Shown here: piece by piece, positions 8,008 through 18,500 of the stretch
Numbering within the stretch: position 1 is the stretch's first letter
Layout: every line of letters begins with the position of its first letter
Source of the DNA: a virus
Taxonomy: Duplodnaviria; Caudoviricetes
Length of the DNA: 64,000 nt
IMG/VR virus record: IMGVR_UViG_3300042452_000698
Location: 24,531 to 88,530 of that record
Strand: one strand, 5' to 3'
Notes under the pieces: model-generated
The model's database searches: none
Told to the model about the DNA's origin: nothing
Seen by the model: the letters and a program-made list of their open reading frames with translations, nothing else
Position numbers and translations under genes: made by a program

Positions 8008-11000
8008 CTATGTTATATCTTGTTGTTCGAATGGAGTCTCTTGATTAAAATATAAAGAATAAAATCCATCAGTAGATGCTACTGATTGTTGAGATGGCAT
8101 ACTTTCATGATCTGGAGCAAGTGAGGCTGGAGCAAATATTTCTGGGATTGTTTTTGTTACAGAGTTACGATCAGCAACAGCAAAATCATTTACGTCAGTA
8201 AATTGCCCAACAGTTGCAGCAATATCTCCATAGCTTTGAACGCTACCCTCATGAGTATATTGAGACACTTCATGTACACCTTGCTCTCCAACTGATGGAC
8301 TAGAACTCCATCTTAATTCTTTGTTTTTATTAACACCTAAAGCGATTACGTTGGTAGCATTCGATGGACCAGTGAAGAGACTGCCTTTTCCACTTAATGT
8401 TGCGTCTGTAGATTTTTGTAATTTTTCATATTCTTTCAAATAATTTACTGAAGCTTGAGCTTTTCCGAGTCCTTTTCTTATTAAGGCGTTTCTTTCATCT
8501 TTTAGTTTTTGTCTTTCTCTACTAAGTTTTGATATAGCTTCTTGTTTTTGTTTTTGTAGTTTTCCAAAATTAGCAGTATAAAGATCCATTTTTATAGTAG
8601 TTTTTATCCCAGCGTCAGAAACGTCTACTTGTAAATTAGTAACAAGTGGTCCCAAATTTAACAGACTTTTTCCAAGAGATACTTTTGGGGGAATTCCGGG
8701 AACAACAAAACCTCCACGTTCTGAAAATAGTAATAAACTTTGTGCAAATTTTGCTTGTTCTATTCCGGCTTGATTCATTAAATAATATCCATCATAATTC
8801 CACGGAGCTAAATTTTCATCTTTTATAAATTCTATTCTACCGCCTATGTTGCTATATACTATAGATTGCACATCAATTTGAGAAGATACCCAAGGCCCGT
8901 AACATCTTTCTTTTGACATTAATGGCAAACATACCAAATCTGGATATATTGGTGATGGCATCGTAAAGTTTACATTGTTCGGAAAGGCGATAGATATACG
9001 TTTAATAGCCTCTCTAGAAGCAAACCACGCTTGATTAATAACTTCAACCTTTTTATTAATAAGAAGATTAAATAATTGTGTTGGTTCTTTTTCCATAAAA
9101 GGTGGTAAGTTAAATCCAGCAACTTCTTTATCAACGGTGTCCATTGTTAAGAAACGTTTAAATGTTTCTGCGTTTAATGATTGTAGAACACTGTCTCTAT
9201 ATCTTCCATCTTTAGTTGGAATAACTCTACCCGGCAGTGTTATTAGTGCATAAACATTATTAGTATCTAAATCTTTTAAATTAGTTTTTATTAACCAGCT
9301 TTTAAATAAATTTTCTTCATCATTTTGTGGTTTATAACAATCAAATGTTAATACATTTACAGGTGAACCAAGTTTATTTGTTGGAACAAAAACCGATCTA
9401 TAAAAAGAATAACTATCATTATATTTATCTTCACACGGGTCATATATTTTTCTTGGCGGAATAAACGTTTTTAATTCTTTGATTTCTTGTCCAGCAACTT
9501 TAACACCGCTCATGATACACTTGGGTGGCATATAAAACTTATCATCTACTGAGCATTTTACAAACACAACACTCTCTTTTGTTGTTGTTTCTTCGCTATT
9601 TCTTGGTCCAAATTTAATTTCTTTGTTTCCTTCATCTTTAACATTATCTAAAGTCTCATTAAAGTCTACAATAAATCCATCTGCTGTTTTTATCTGCTGA
9701 ATAAAATCGTTAGAATTTAAATTTTCTAATGATAAAAATTGGCTATGATCGAATCTAACATATGGTGAAACTCTCTTGTTCTCAGTAATAAAGTTTGTTA
9801 AATCTACTGGTATTAATGTTTGTACTATTCCAAGTGGCCTATTTTGTTGTGGTGTTCTATTGATAGACGATGCCGCAATGAAATTAGAATATAAATCAAA
9901 ATCAAAAAATCCACCATCATTTATAGGAGTATAATTAAATTCTATTTGATCTGATATTGGATTATAGTTACATTTTAATGAGCCAGAAAATTTTTCTTCT
10001 GTTCCAGATCCTAAATGATGTTGTAATTCATAGAACGTCATTGGCCCAATATGTTCGGAAGACGCCTCGATACGCTTTGATGTAATTTCATTGGCAAATT
10101 CTGGACTAAATTCATATCCTACTACCGAAGACAATGGCCTTGGCACAAACCCAAACGGACCCTGTATAAATCTTTTTGGTCCACTTTTTTGACTTGGGTT
10201 TATAGAGAATTCTTCTTTTTCTTCTTCTGGCTGCGGTTGTCTATCTTGAATATCAATAATCTTTCTATCATAAAATAAATTTGTTGCTCTTGGAATTTTT
10301 ACCAAAAACTTTTTTCCAAGGCATTCATCTGCAATACTCTTAACAAAATTATATACTTTCAATGCATTTTCTGTATTTTTTTTTGAAATTTTACCTAAAT
10401 TATTTAATATGGGTGATGATGATTTTAAATATTCCTCCATAAATACTAGAGCTTTTTCTATATCTTCTTTTGAGCTTTCTGTGTCCTCTTCTGCGTCTTT
10501 AATCAAGTTTTCTATTTGTTCAAAATATGCTTTATCAAATTCAGATAATTCTCCATATTCTTTAATAGATTTTAATCTAGTAAATTCTGAATTTAATATA
10601 GCTTTATAATTATTATTATCTGGAGATGTTGCTAATAATTGATAACTATTAATAATAGATGTTATTTTTGATCCTATTGCAGTTAAACCAGCCTCTGGAA
10701 TTCCAATCTTTGTGGCCCGCTTATAATAAAGAGGATATCCATAAGGAGGATTGCAAGGACTACTTGGTAGATTATCTTCACCAAATTCTGGAAAAGGGGC
10801 GTATGAATATGTCGGAAAAAGTGATCTTGGAACTGTTACTCCATAATTATTTGATATTTTTGTTCTAGGATTAATATCTGATCCAACCGGAGGCATTCCG
10901 GTTTGATTTACTAATCTTAAAAGGCCAGCTTCTTCTTCTGTATCATTTATTTCTAATGATGTAACATAGTTATCATTATATTGTAAAAGAAATTCTTTCC

Positions 11001-12858
11001 ACCTTTCAAAAGAAATCATTGCACATCTTAGTTCCATCTCTGTTGCTACATAATATGCTCCAACGCCATTAGCTTCAAGCCCGGTAGAGTCTAACAATAT
11101 TTGTTGATATGCTCCAAATCCTTTGGGAATAGTTACGGCGCTTTTTCCAAGTAATCCATAATATGGTAATAGTTGTTGTTTTAAAGAAGTTTCTAATGTC
11201 CATTTGTCTTTTTTTGCAATTGTTATATTTGTGTCTCTATCATTATTTGTTGTAAAGAAATAATTTTCAACTTCTTGCGCTCCGACTATAAATTTATCGG
11301 TTGTAACGTTAGATAATTCATACCCAACATCTTGATTTTCAACATATATTCCACTACTAGCCAAACTGTCTATATATGTTTTTATGGCGCCATATTGGGG
11401 TTGCGTGGATCTATCTATAGCATCTAGTCTTATTATTCCGGCTATACCACTTGCTTGAAATTTTTGTACATCAGATATAAGTGATAAGTTATAGTTATAT
11501 AAATAAGAACAAGCTGGATGATCAATTACTGGCAACAGTGTAACAAACAAATCGTGACTAGTAACATCACATATTTCTAAAGCAAGGTCAAGTAAATTAA
11601 TTTCATCAAAATCTAAATAATATAATCCCGGTAAATTTGGAATACTTCCAAAATCAACAACATAATTAAATCCCCTAAAATTGATCTTAGTATCGAATCC
11701 CTTATCTTTGTAGTGTTGAGGAAGTGGTCCTTCATATTCTAGCATTGCATTTATGGCTTGTTTAACTCTATAATATGGTATGCCTTGGCTTCCTCTTCTT
11801 GAAAAACCCGTTCCAGTTATTGGAAAACCATTTATAAATGTTGCATCGTCTGGTGGGGGCGTTATTGACGCATTTATTGGTAGTCTATGATATGTATCAT
11901 CTCCGCTATATGATATAACTACTTGATTAATAAACGAGCTTGATGATCCAGCAGTTGGAATATCAATAAATTTTTCTAATGTTCTATCATATTTAAGTTG
12001 AGGCTCGTTTTCATTTCTAAAAGTTGTAATATCTTCAGATGGTGTCCAGTTGTGTTCTAAAAATCCATATACATTAATAAGATTATTATTTCTATATGTT
12101 GTTCCAGCATAATTATTCAATATTAAAGTTACATTAGATAATATTTCTCTTGGATCAATAACTTGAACAGAATATAAAGGATTTCCTCCCGGACCTCTAT
12201 TTTGAATATATGATTGTAATATACCGCCAAAAACAAGATGATATCTACCCTTTTGGTTTGGATCATTGAGATAACTATTAAGATTACAAATATTACCATC
12301 AATACCAACATATTCTCCATTGTTTAGTTGTGTTATTGTGGCAACTTTATCACCAAATGTATCTGGTCCAACTGGACCTAATGGCATATTACTGCATGAA
12401 TTAATTACTGGTGTTCCGCTAGTAACAAAACCATAAAGATCATCAAAAGTTTGTTTATAAGCTTCTTCAACCGTTGCAAGCTGTTGGCCAAATTTAAAGA
12501 AAACTGGAGAACCGGGCATTGGTGGAACAAATCTATCTCCAAACCTTGGGTTTTGCGCTGTTCCACTATGATAAACATCGTCGCCATATCCGGCTGGAGT
12601 ATTGTCAGATAAATTATATTCATCGGCAACTAGTTCTACCGATAACGTTGAGCTATTATCACCAAATCCACCATTCATAGTAAAGCTTCTAATAGAAGCC
12701 CCAAGGAATGTTTGTTGAGCAAAGCCTCTATTTTCTGTGGTCCACCCACCCATTGAAAAACTTTCTGGAATAGCTCCACTAGCTATCCATCCAGTGCCAT
12801 AATATCCAGAAGCGCTATTTATGCCTCTTCCCAATGGATCTTGTGTTGTTGTTGTCAT
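8008..12858 (-). CDS. Large tail-tip/hub-like protein
   Basis: 1616 aa. N-terminal FLGASIRSFTMNGGFGDNSSTLSVELV and C-terminal VTNLQVDVSDAGIKTTIKM resemble hub/Tal-type barrels. Lies downstream of the TMP. Confidence 0.4.
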   Translation of the reverse strand: MTTTTQDPLGRGINSASGYYGTGWIASGAIPESFSMGGWTTENRGFAQQTFLGASIRSFTMNGGFGDNSSTLSVELVADEYNLSDNTPAGYGDDVYHSGTAQNPRFGDRFVPPMPGSPVFFKFGQQLATVEEAYKQTFDDLYGFVTSGTPVINSCSNMPLGPVGPDTFGDKVATITQLNNGEYVGIDGNICNLNSYLNDPNQKGRYHLVFGGILQSYIQNRGPGGNPLYSVQVIDPREILSNVTLILNNYAGTTYRNNNLINVYGFLEHNWTPSEDITTFRNENEPQLKYDRTLEKFIDIPTAGSSSSFINQVVISYSGDDTYHRLPINASITPPPDDATFINGFPITGTGFSRRGSQGIPYYRVKQAINAMLEYEGPLPQHYKDKGFDTKINFRGFNYVVDFGSIPNLPGLYYLDFDEINLLDLALEICDVTSHDLFVTLLPVIDHPACSYLYNYNLSLISDVQKFQASGIAGIIRLDAIDRSTQPQYGAIKTYIDSLASSGIYVENQDVGYELSNVTTDKFIVGAQEVENYFFTTNNDRDTNITIAKKDKWTLETSLKQQLLPYYGLLGKSAVTIPKGFGAYQQILLDSTGLEANGVGAYYVATEMELRCAMISFERWKEFLLQYNDNYVTSLEINDTEEEAGLLRLVNQTGMPPVGSDINPRTKISNNYGVTVPRSLFPTYSYAPFPEFGEDNLPSSPCNPPYGYPLYYKRATKIGIPEAGLTAIGSKITSIINSYQLLATSPDNNNYKAILNSEFTRLKSIKEYGELSEFDKAYFEQIENLIKDAEEDTESSKEDIEKALVFMEEYLKSSSPILNNLGKISKKNTENALKVYNFVKSIADECLGKKFLVKIPRATNLFYDRKIIDIQDRQPQPEEEKEEFSINPSQKSGPKRFIQGPFGFVPRPLSSVVGYEFSPEFANEITSKRIEASSEHIGPMTFYELQHHLGSGTEEKFSGSLKCNYNPISDQIEFNYTPINDGGFFDFDLYSNFIAASSINRTPQQNRPLGIVQTLIPVDLTNFITENKRVSPYVRFDHSQFLSLENLNSNDFIQQIKTADGFIVDFNETLDNVKDEGNKEIKFGPRNSEETTTKESVVFVKCSVDDKFYMPPKCIMSGVKVAGQEIKELKTFIPPRKIYDPCEDKYNDSYSFYRSVFVPTNKLGSPVNVLTFDCYKPQNDEENLFKSWLIKTNLKDLDTNNVYALITLPGRVIPTKDGRYRDSVLQSLNAETFKRFLTMDTVDKEVAGFNLPPFMEKEPTQLFNLLINKKVEVINQAWFASREAIKRISIAFPNNVNFTMPSPIYPDLVCLPLMSKERCYGPWVSSQIDVQSIVYSNIGGRIEFIKDENLAPWNYDGYYLMNQAGIEQAKFAQSLLLFSERGGFVVPGIPPKVSLGKSLLNLGPLVTNLQVDVSDAGIKTTIKMDLYTANFGKLQKQKQEAISKLSRERQKLKDERNALIRKGLGKAQASVNYLKEYEKLQKSTDATLSGKGSLFTGPSNATNVIALGVNKNKELRWSSSPSVGEQGVHEVSQYTHEGSVQSYGDIAATVGQFTDVNDFAVADRNSVTKTIPEIFAPASLAPDHESMPSQQSVASTDGFYSLYFNQETPFEQQDIT

Positions 12859-12868
12859 ATTAATATAA

Positions 12869-13219
12869 TTAATTTGGTGATGTTAAATAACTATTAGCAT
12901 CTTTAAAAGTTCCTGTACGAGCATCTCTTCTATCTACTAAATTATATAGATTAAATAATCTTGGTGCAATCTCTAAATACGCAGACGGCGTTATACTAAT
13001 AATAGACTGTGATGGTGAAATTTGTGGGTGACTATAGTGTATGTATGGATTTATTATTGTAAAATCTCTAACTCCACTATCTGGAATATTTACTAATGGC
13101 TGTGGAAGTGGCGGTATTGGTGTTGTTGTTGTTACTGTTGTAAAAACACTATTAAACATACCACTTGGCGTCTGTGGGACATTATAAAATAATGTTGGAA
13201 AAATAATTTCATTGCTCAT
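12869..13219 (-). CDS. Hypothetical Pro/Thr-rich protein
   Basis: 116-aa ORF tightly packed between its neighbours. Confidence 0.5.
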   Translation of the reverse strand: MSNEIIFPTLFYNVPQTPSGMFNSVFTTVTTTTPIPPLPQPLVNIPDSGVRDFTIINPYIHYSHPQISPSQSIISITPSAYLEIAPRLFNLYNLVDRRDARTGTFKDANSYLTSPN

Positions 13220-13221
13220 AA

Positions 13222-13689
13222 TTATAATACTCCACCATTTGGATAATTTGTTCCAGCATTAGATAAAACATTAGAAACAGGATTATTATATAGATACTGT
13301 GGATCATTGTTAATTGCTGGAATCCCACCATTAGCTCTAGGATATAAAAATCCACTTGGTCTAAAAATATTATTAAGTGACCTTTTATTAGAATCTGTTG
13401 CAGTTTCGACGTTTGGTCCAACATTTATATCAACCAATGATTTAACATCATCTCTTGCCCAATCCAAAACTTGTTGATCTCTAATTGGAGCCGTGGCCAT
13501 AAAAACATTATAAAAACCACTTGGAGAATTGTAACCCTGTGGCTTTGGTATTAGTTGTGGCGATTGCCTCATTAATAAGTTTTGAGTATTTGGATGGTTA
13601 GGATTATATTCTAACCTTTGTGAGTCTAAACCGGGAGTATTTCTAGTTGGTGCCACCGGCGCTGTTGTAGCATTTGTTGGAATTGGCAT
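13222..13689 (-). CDS. Hypothetical Pro/Asn-rich protein
   Basis: 155-aa ORF with 1-2 nt gaps to its neighbours; GGAG upstream. Confidence 0.55.
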   Translation of the reverse strand: MPIPTNATTAPVAPTRNTPGLDSQRLEYNPNHPNTQNLLMRQSPQLIPKPQGYNSPSGFYNVFMATAPIRDQQVLDWARDDVKSLVDINVGPNVETATDSNKRSLNNIFRPSGFLYPRANGGIPAINNDPQYLYNNPVSNVLSNAGTNYPNGGVL

Positions 13690-13690
13690 A

Positions 13691-15514
13691 TTAATCTCCT
13701 AGCTCATAAGTCCAGTTTAAACTGATACTATATCTTTTTTCTTTTGGATCCCAACTTTCAGTTGGTGGACTTAAGAAATATTTTCTAATATTTGGTTCTC
13801 TTGATGGACTTAAATATGATATTACATTCATTAAAGATGATCTCATTGGCTCATTTAAGCTTGGCTTAGATAATAATAATTGTTGTCTTGCTGTTCCGCC
13901 ATAATCTGGATCTACCGTTAACTCTATTGTAACGCTTCTTTGGTACTCTGTTCTTCCACCTATATATTGTAATATTGGTCCAGTTTTGCGTCCTATAACT
14001 GGTATAGTAGCAAAAATATCTCCGGGATATGTATCTTGTATAGAAATTTTCTCAGATAATACTCCGCTAAGAACAAGATTTAGTGGTCTTGTGTCAAACG
14101 AAACATTATAAGTTATTTCTCCATTAAATTCATTAGATCCAAGACTAACAGAAAGTGGTACTGGATTTAAAAATTTCCCAATTAAATTACTAGCTCTTTT
14201 ATATATATGTGAAGTAAGACCAAATGTACCATTATTACTAATTTCTCTATATTTTAGTATAGCATTATGATACGGTGAATTAAGACTGCCAACACTAACA
14301 CTACCTAATGCTCCACCGTATATATCCCCACTAGATGGCAAACTTGTTAAACCTCTAATTGTTCCATCTATCGAAACTCCGATTATGCTACTTTCATTTG
14401 TTGAAGAAACCGACGCGGTATATGATTCATAAGATGTTCCACTGGATAATAGCCATGTGTCTGTAACAGCATATGATCCATTTGTTTTATCAATATTTTC
14501 TGTTCTAGAATGATTATATCCACCAAAAGCGTGCTGGGCTAAACTAATAAATCCACTAGCAAATCCAGATTCGAAATTAAGTTTTGGGTATTGATCATAT
14601 TGATTAAAGGCATTATTAGCATTTTCTCCATCTTTATCGCCTAAGATTTTTTTTTCTATAAACTCTTTTGCTTGCTGCCAAGCTTCATATCGTACACTTG
14701 GGCCGGTAGAATTAGCAGTACTAGGTCCATATATTGTTCTTCCAACAGCACTAATATTTCTTGTTAATCTGTATCCCCTTACTGTATTTAATCCGGGAGC
14801 AACAAATGGATTAGATGTGTTACCGGTATTTTCTTCTGGCTCTAAAGACCAGCTTTCGCTAAAATCTTCAACAAGGCCACCATGTTCTTTTATATGTTGT
14901 TCTAATGTTTTTGATGCTGCGGAGCTAAGATGTTCTGTGGTATAAAAACCTTGAGAGTTTATAGTCCCAGATGGCTCAAAATTAAGATAGTGCAAACTAT
15001 CCGCAAAAATATTATCATTCTTATCAAAGAATAAATCTGTTGTTAGATTAATTGTATAATTGCACTTGTCAATATATATTCCCTCTTCAAAAGAAATAGA
15101 TTCGACTTTGGGGAAAAATACTAAAACCGGCTCATTGCCCTCCCAAGATAATACTTCAACACGCTGTCCATCTATAGCAAAAAGATTTCTTAAAGCGTTT
15201 TGTTTTTGCAGTATAGATGCTGCTCTGTCTGAATTTGATACCAAGTCTGCGGCAGAATCATTAAAATTACCATGAAACTTTACAGGTAATGCTTCTGGCT
15301 GAACGGGCGTATTTGTTCCTAAAAAATTTGGAGATCCTCTATTATCTAATAGGGTTCCATTTAGGGTAATATTATATGTAGTTCCCATGTTTCCCATTTT
15401 ATTCTTATTTCTTGTAGAAGAAATAGAAATTAATGGGCATGGTCTAATTACTGTTGCCACTGGCGTTGCTGGTGTGCCATTAGCGTTAACGCCGCCAGAA
15501 TATACTATAATCAT
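13691..15514 (-). CDS. Tail protein, possibly distal-tail (Dit)-like
   Basis: 607 aa with repeated beta-barrel-like ends (YNITLNGTL, YTINLT, YSISLNWTYE). ATGA overlap with the upstream giant ORF. Confidence 0.4.
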   Translation of the reverse strand: MIIVYSGGVNANGTPATPVATVIRPCPLISISSTRNKNKMGNMGTTYNITLNGTLLDNRGSPNFLGTNTPVQPEALPVKFHGNFNDSAADLVSNSDRAASILQKQNALRNLFAIDGQRVEVLSWEGNEPVLVFFPKVESISFEEGIYIDKCNYTINLTTDLFFDKNDNIFADSLHYLNFEPSGTINSQGFYTTEHLSSAASKTLEQHIKEHGGLVEDFSESWSLEPEENTGNTSNPFVAPGLNTVRGYRLTRNISAVGRTIYGPSTANSTGPSVRYEAWQQAKEFIEKKILGDKDGENANNAFNQYDQYPKLNFESGFASGFISLAQHAFGGYNHSRTENIDKTNGSYAVTDTWLLSSGTSYESYTASVSSTNESSIIGVSIDGTIRGLTSLPSSGDIYGGALGSVSVGSLNSPYHNAILKYREISNNGTFGLTSHIYKRASNLIGKFLNPVPLSVSLGSNEFNGEITYNVSFDTRPLNLVLSGVLSEKISIQDTYPGDIFATIPVIGRKTGPILQYIGGRTEYQRSVTIELTVDPDYGGTARQQLLLSKPSLNEPMRSSLMNVISYLSPSREPNIRKYFLSPPTESWDPKEKRYSISLNWTYELGD

Positions 15515-18500
15515 GCTTTTCCTCTGATTCTCAGATTAAGTTTATCAGATTGTGATCCTATCCCACTAGCGTACAGGGTCAATCCAGAATTATTTATCTC
15601 TACCGGATCTGGACAATTTGTATATAATATAAATCCAGATGGTAAATTAGTAGCAAAATCTATTATTGCGCTATTGTACAATCCTAGACTATTATACACA
15701 ATTGCTTTATCGTCAACACTGGTAAATATATGAAGATTTTGGTTTATAAAATTAGATCCGTTAGTATATAATGTAATATTGCCATTGTTTGGAGTTCCAA
15801 AGGTATACTGACCATCTATCGACTTGATAAACGGTCTATGTGAAATAAATCCCTTAATTGCTGGATCTTGTCCAGAAACCTCTATAAAAATCTGACCTTT
15901 ATTATCAGAAAATATTGTTCCGCTTGCAAAATACTTTTGGTTATTTTCGCCGCTATTTTGTACTGAAATAAACACATTTGGATTACCGGCAGAGTCTCTT
16001 TCTCCAAAAACTTTAGCCTGTATAAATGCTTCTGGGCTTGGTATTGATGGTGGCGGCTGTCTTAACATTATATCATAAGAATATGAAGAGCCGCTAGAAT
16101 ATATACCAGAATTTGATCCGGCAAAAACAGTATAATCGGCATCTGTTCTAAATAATCTATCTATAGAAACGATAGATCCAAAATTTTGATTATCGCACCC
16201 AGAAACTGGGACTATTTTTTCTACAAATGTCCACTTTTTGTCTTTGGTAGACCAATCTATTATTTTATTTTCAAAAGTAAATATAGATCCATTATTTAAC
16301 AGTGCATTCCCACTATTTTGTAGCCTAATTCCAGAAGAGCCTAAGTCTGTGACTATTCTTTGTGGGATATAAAATTCTTCATTAAATTCTTTTCTAATAA
16401 ATGATCCACTAGTATTAATGTATTTATTGTTAAAATCATGCCCCGGAGCGCCAACAACTATAATATCTGAATCAATATCCACGCTAAGACCAAACTGATC
16501 AGTTATTATAGAGTTATTAGCTAAATATCCAGAACCATAATTATGGGTTCCTAACACACCAGACCCGTTTCCATCATAAATGTCTTGTCCAATGTTTACG
16601 GAGCTTGGCCTTAGTTTCTGTATAAACTCCCACGGAGTTAATGTTCCATGAAGTCCGCTTCCACTAAACGTCTTCTCAAATACGAAAACTGATCCAGCAC
16701 CACCATTATAAGATAATTCTATTCCAGAAGAAGATCCACCATCAATATATTGCTGCCAAGGATTTATTATTTCATCGGAAAATGCTGTGAACGGGGCGCC
16801 AACAATTAGTTTATTGTTATGTAGTGCTATAGAATATCCAAATAAATCTCCGGGATATCCAGATGGAAGTTTATTGAAGTCTATATGATCATAGCCCTTA
16901 TCTTTTAGTAATTGTGGTAATCCACCATAGATATTAATATCTTTATATAATGTGCCATCGACTACTTCGGTAAATTTAGATTTTGCTCCAAAATTAGTTT
17001 CTTGTAGCATAAACGCTTGTCTTGCGGCATTTTTCTTAGATTCTATAGAAATTTCATCATCAGATATATCCCAAGGATCTAGTGGGTAAATTACATATCT
17101 TGGATCATAATGTGATTCTATACTATTAAATAGATTTGGCTGTTTACTTGGTATTGAACCAGCAAACTTATTACTTAACCCACTATTAGAAACAAGTGAT
17201 AAATACTTTTGTGGGCTTCCACGTTCTGGAGCAACTATCTTAGTTTGTTGATTAAACTGTCTTCCGGCATTTGCAGAAGCAAAGTTTGTTTGTGGATATA
17301 AGCTACTAATAAAATTAAGTGTGCTTAGTGGTATTCTTCCTTGATCGTCTCCAAGATATCTTCCTTGTACAAGAGAAGAATCTGCAATTAGTGTAATTCT
17401 TGATCTATTATATCCAGCATTAAAAGATGTTATATGTTCTTGCTCTTGAGCAACAATAACTGGTCCATCTGCTATTAATTGATCATCAAATCCACTATCT
17501 AAACAATCTTCTTGACAATATTGTGTGTTTTTATTCTTGATAAAATCAAAAAATTCTCTTGTTACTATTCTTTCTGGCTCTCCGTTGCTAATTAGATAGT
17601 TTTCATAACCAGTTTGTACATTTACAGAATATGTAGATGTTGCAATATTTTCTTTAATTCCTATTGGTACTCCAGAGATAGAAATTAATTTTGGTGTTTT
17701 TGGAATATATCCATCAACATTACTTATTGTTGGAACATAAGATGTAATATAAAAATCTATTGTATTCTTATTTTCTTTTACCTGCGCGTTGAATGAAACT
17801 GATCTAGTTGATGCAAAATCTTGATAAATGTCAATCGGGAATGTTGGATATGGGATTTTTGGACTAATAGAAACATTTTGTGTAGAAACATTGAGTGTTT
17901 GTGATTCATATTCATTATCTGATTTTGTATTAATAAATATTTTATATCCAGATCCAGCAATTGCTGGGAACGAAACTTTTGCTTGACTGTTTATTGACCA
18001 ATATCCATTAGTAATGACTTCTGTATCATAAACTGGGCCGCCATAATAAGCTATTGGAATAATATTATTATTTAACTTAAATGATATAAATTCAATACTA
18101 TTTAGGCCAGTAAAGTTAATCTGCTGAATTGATGTTATAGCGTCATTGTACCCAATAGATATTGGGTGATTTGGATTTAATCTAATATAATTTTCTTGGT
18201 TAAGTCTAATTCTTACATAGACATCATCAACTGGCAAGTATAGTGACTCTATATCTGATCCAAGTAGATCAAATAAAGAGTTTGCTATATTCATTTGCTC
18301 TATTGAGCTATCATGTGTTACAATTAATTTTTTATTTCCAATAGATAACCAAGACTTAATAGCTGTAAGCTCTATATCGTTTGGTATATTTTTAGGATTA
18401 GCTATCCAACAGACATCATCATATGAATATATAGTATCAGAATATTCAATAAAATTACCATTGTCTAAAAATACTCCATGAAGTTGTGAGTCTGGATAAG

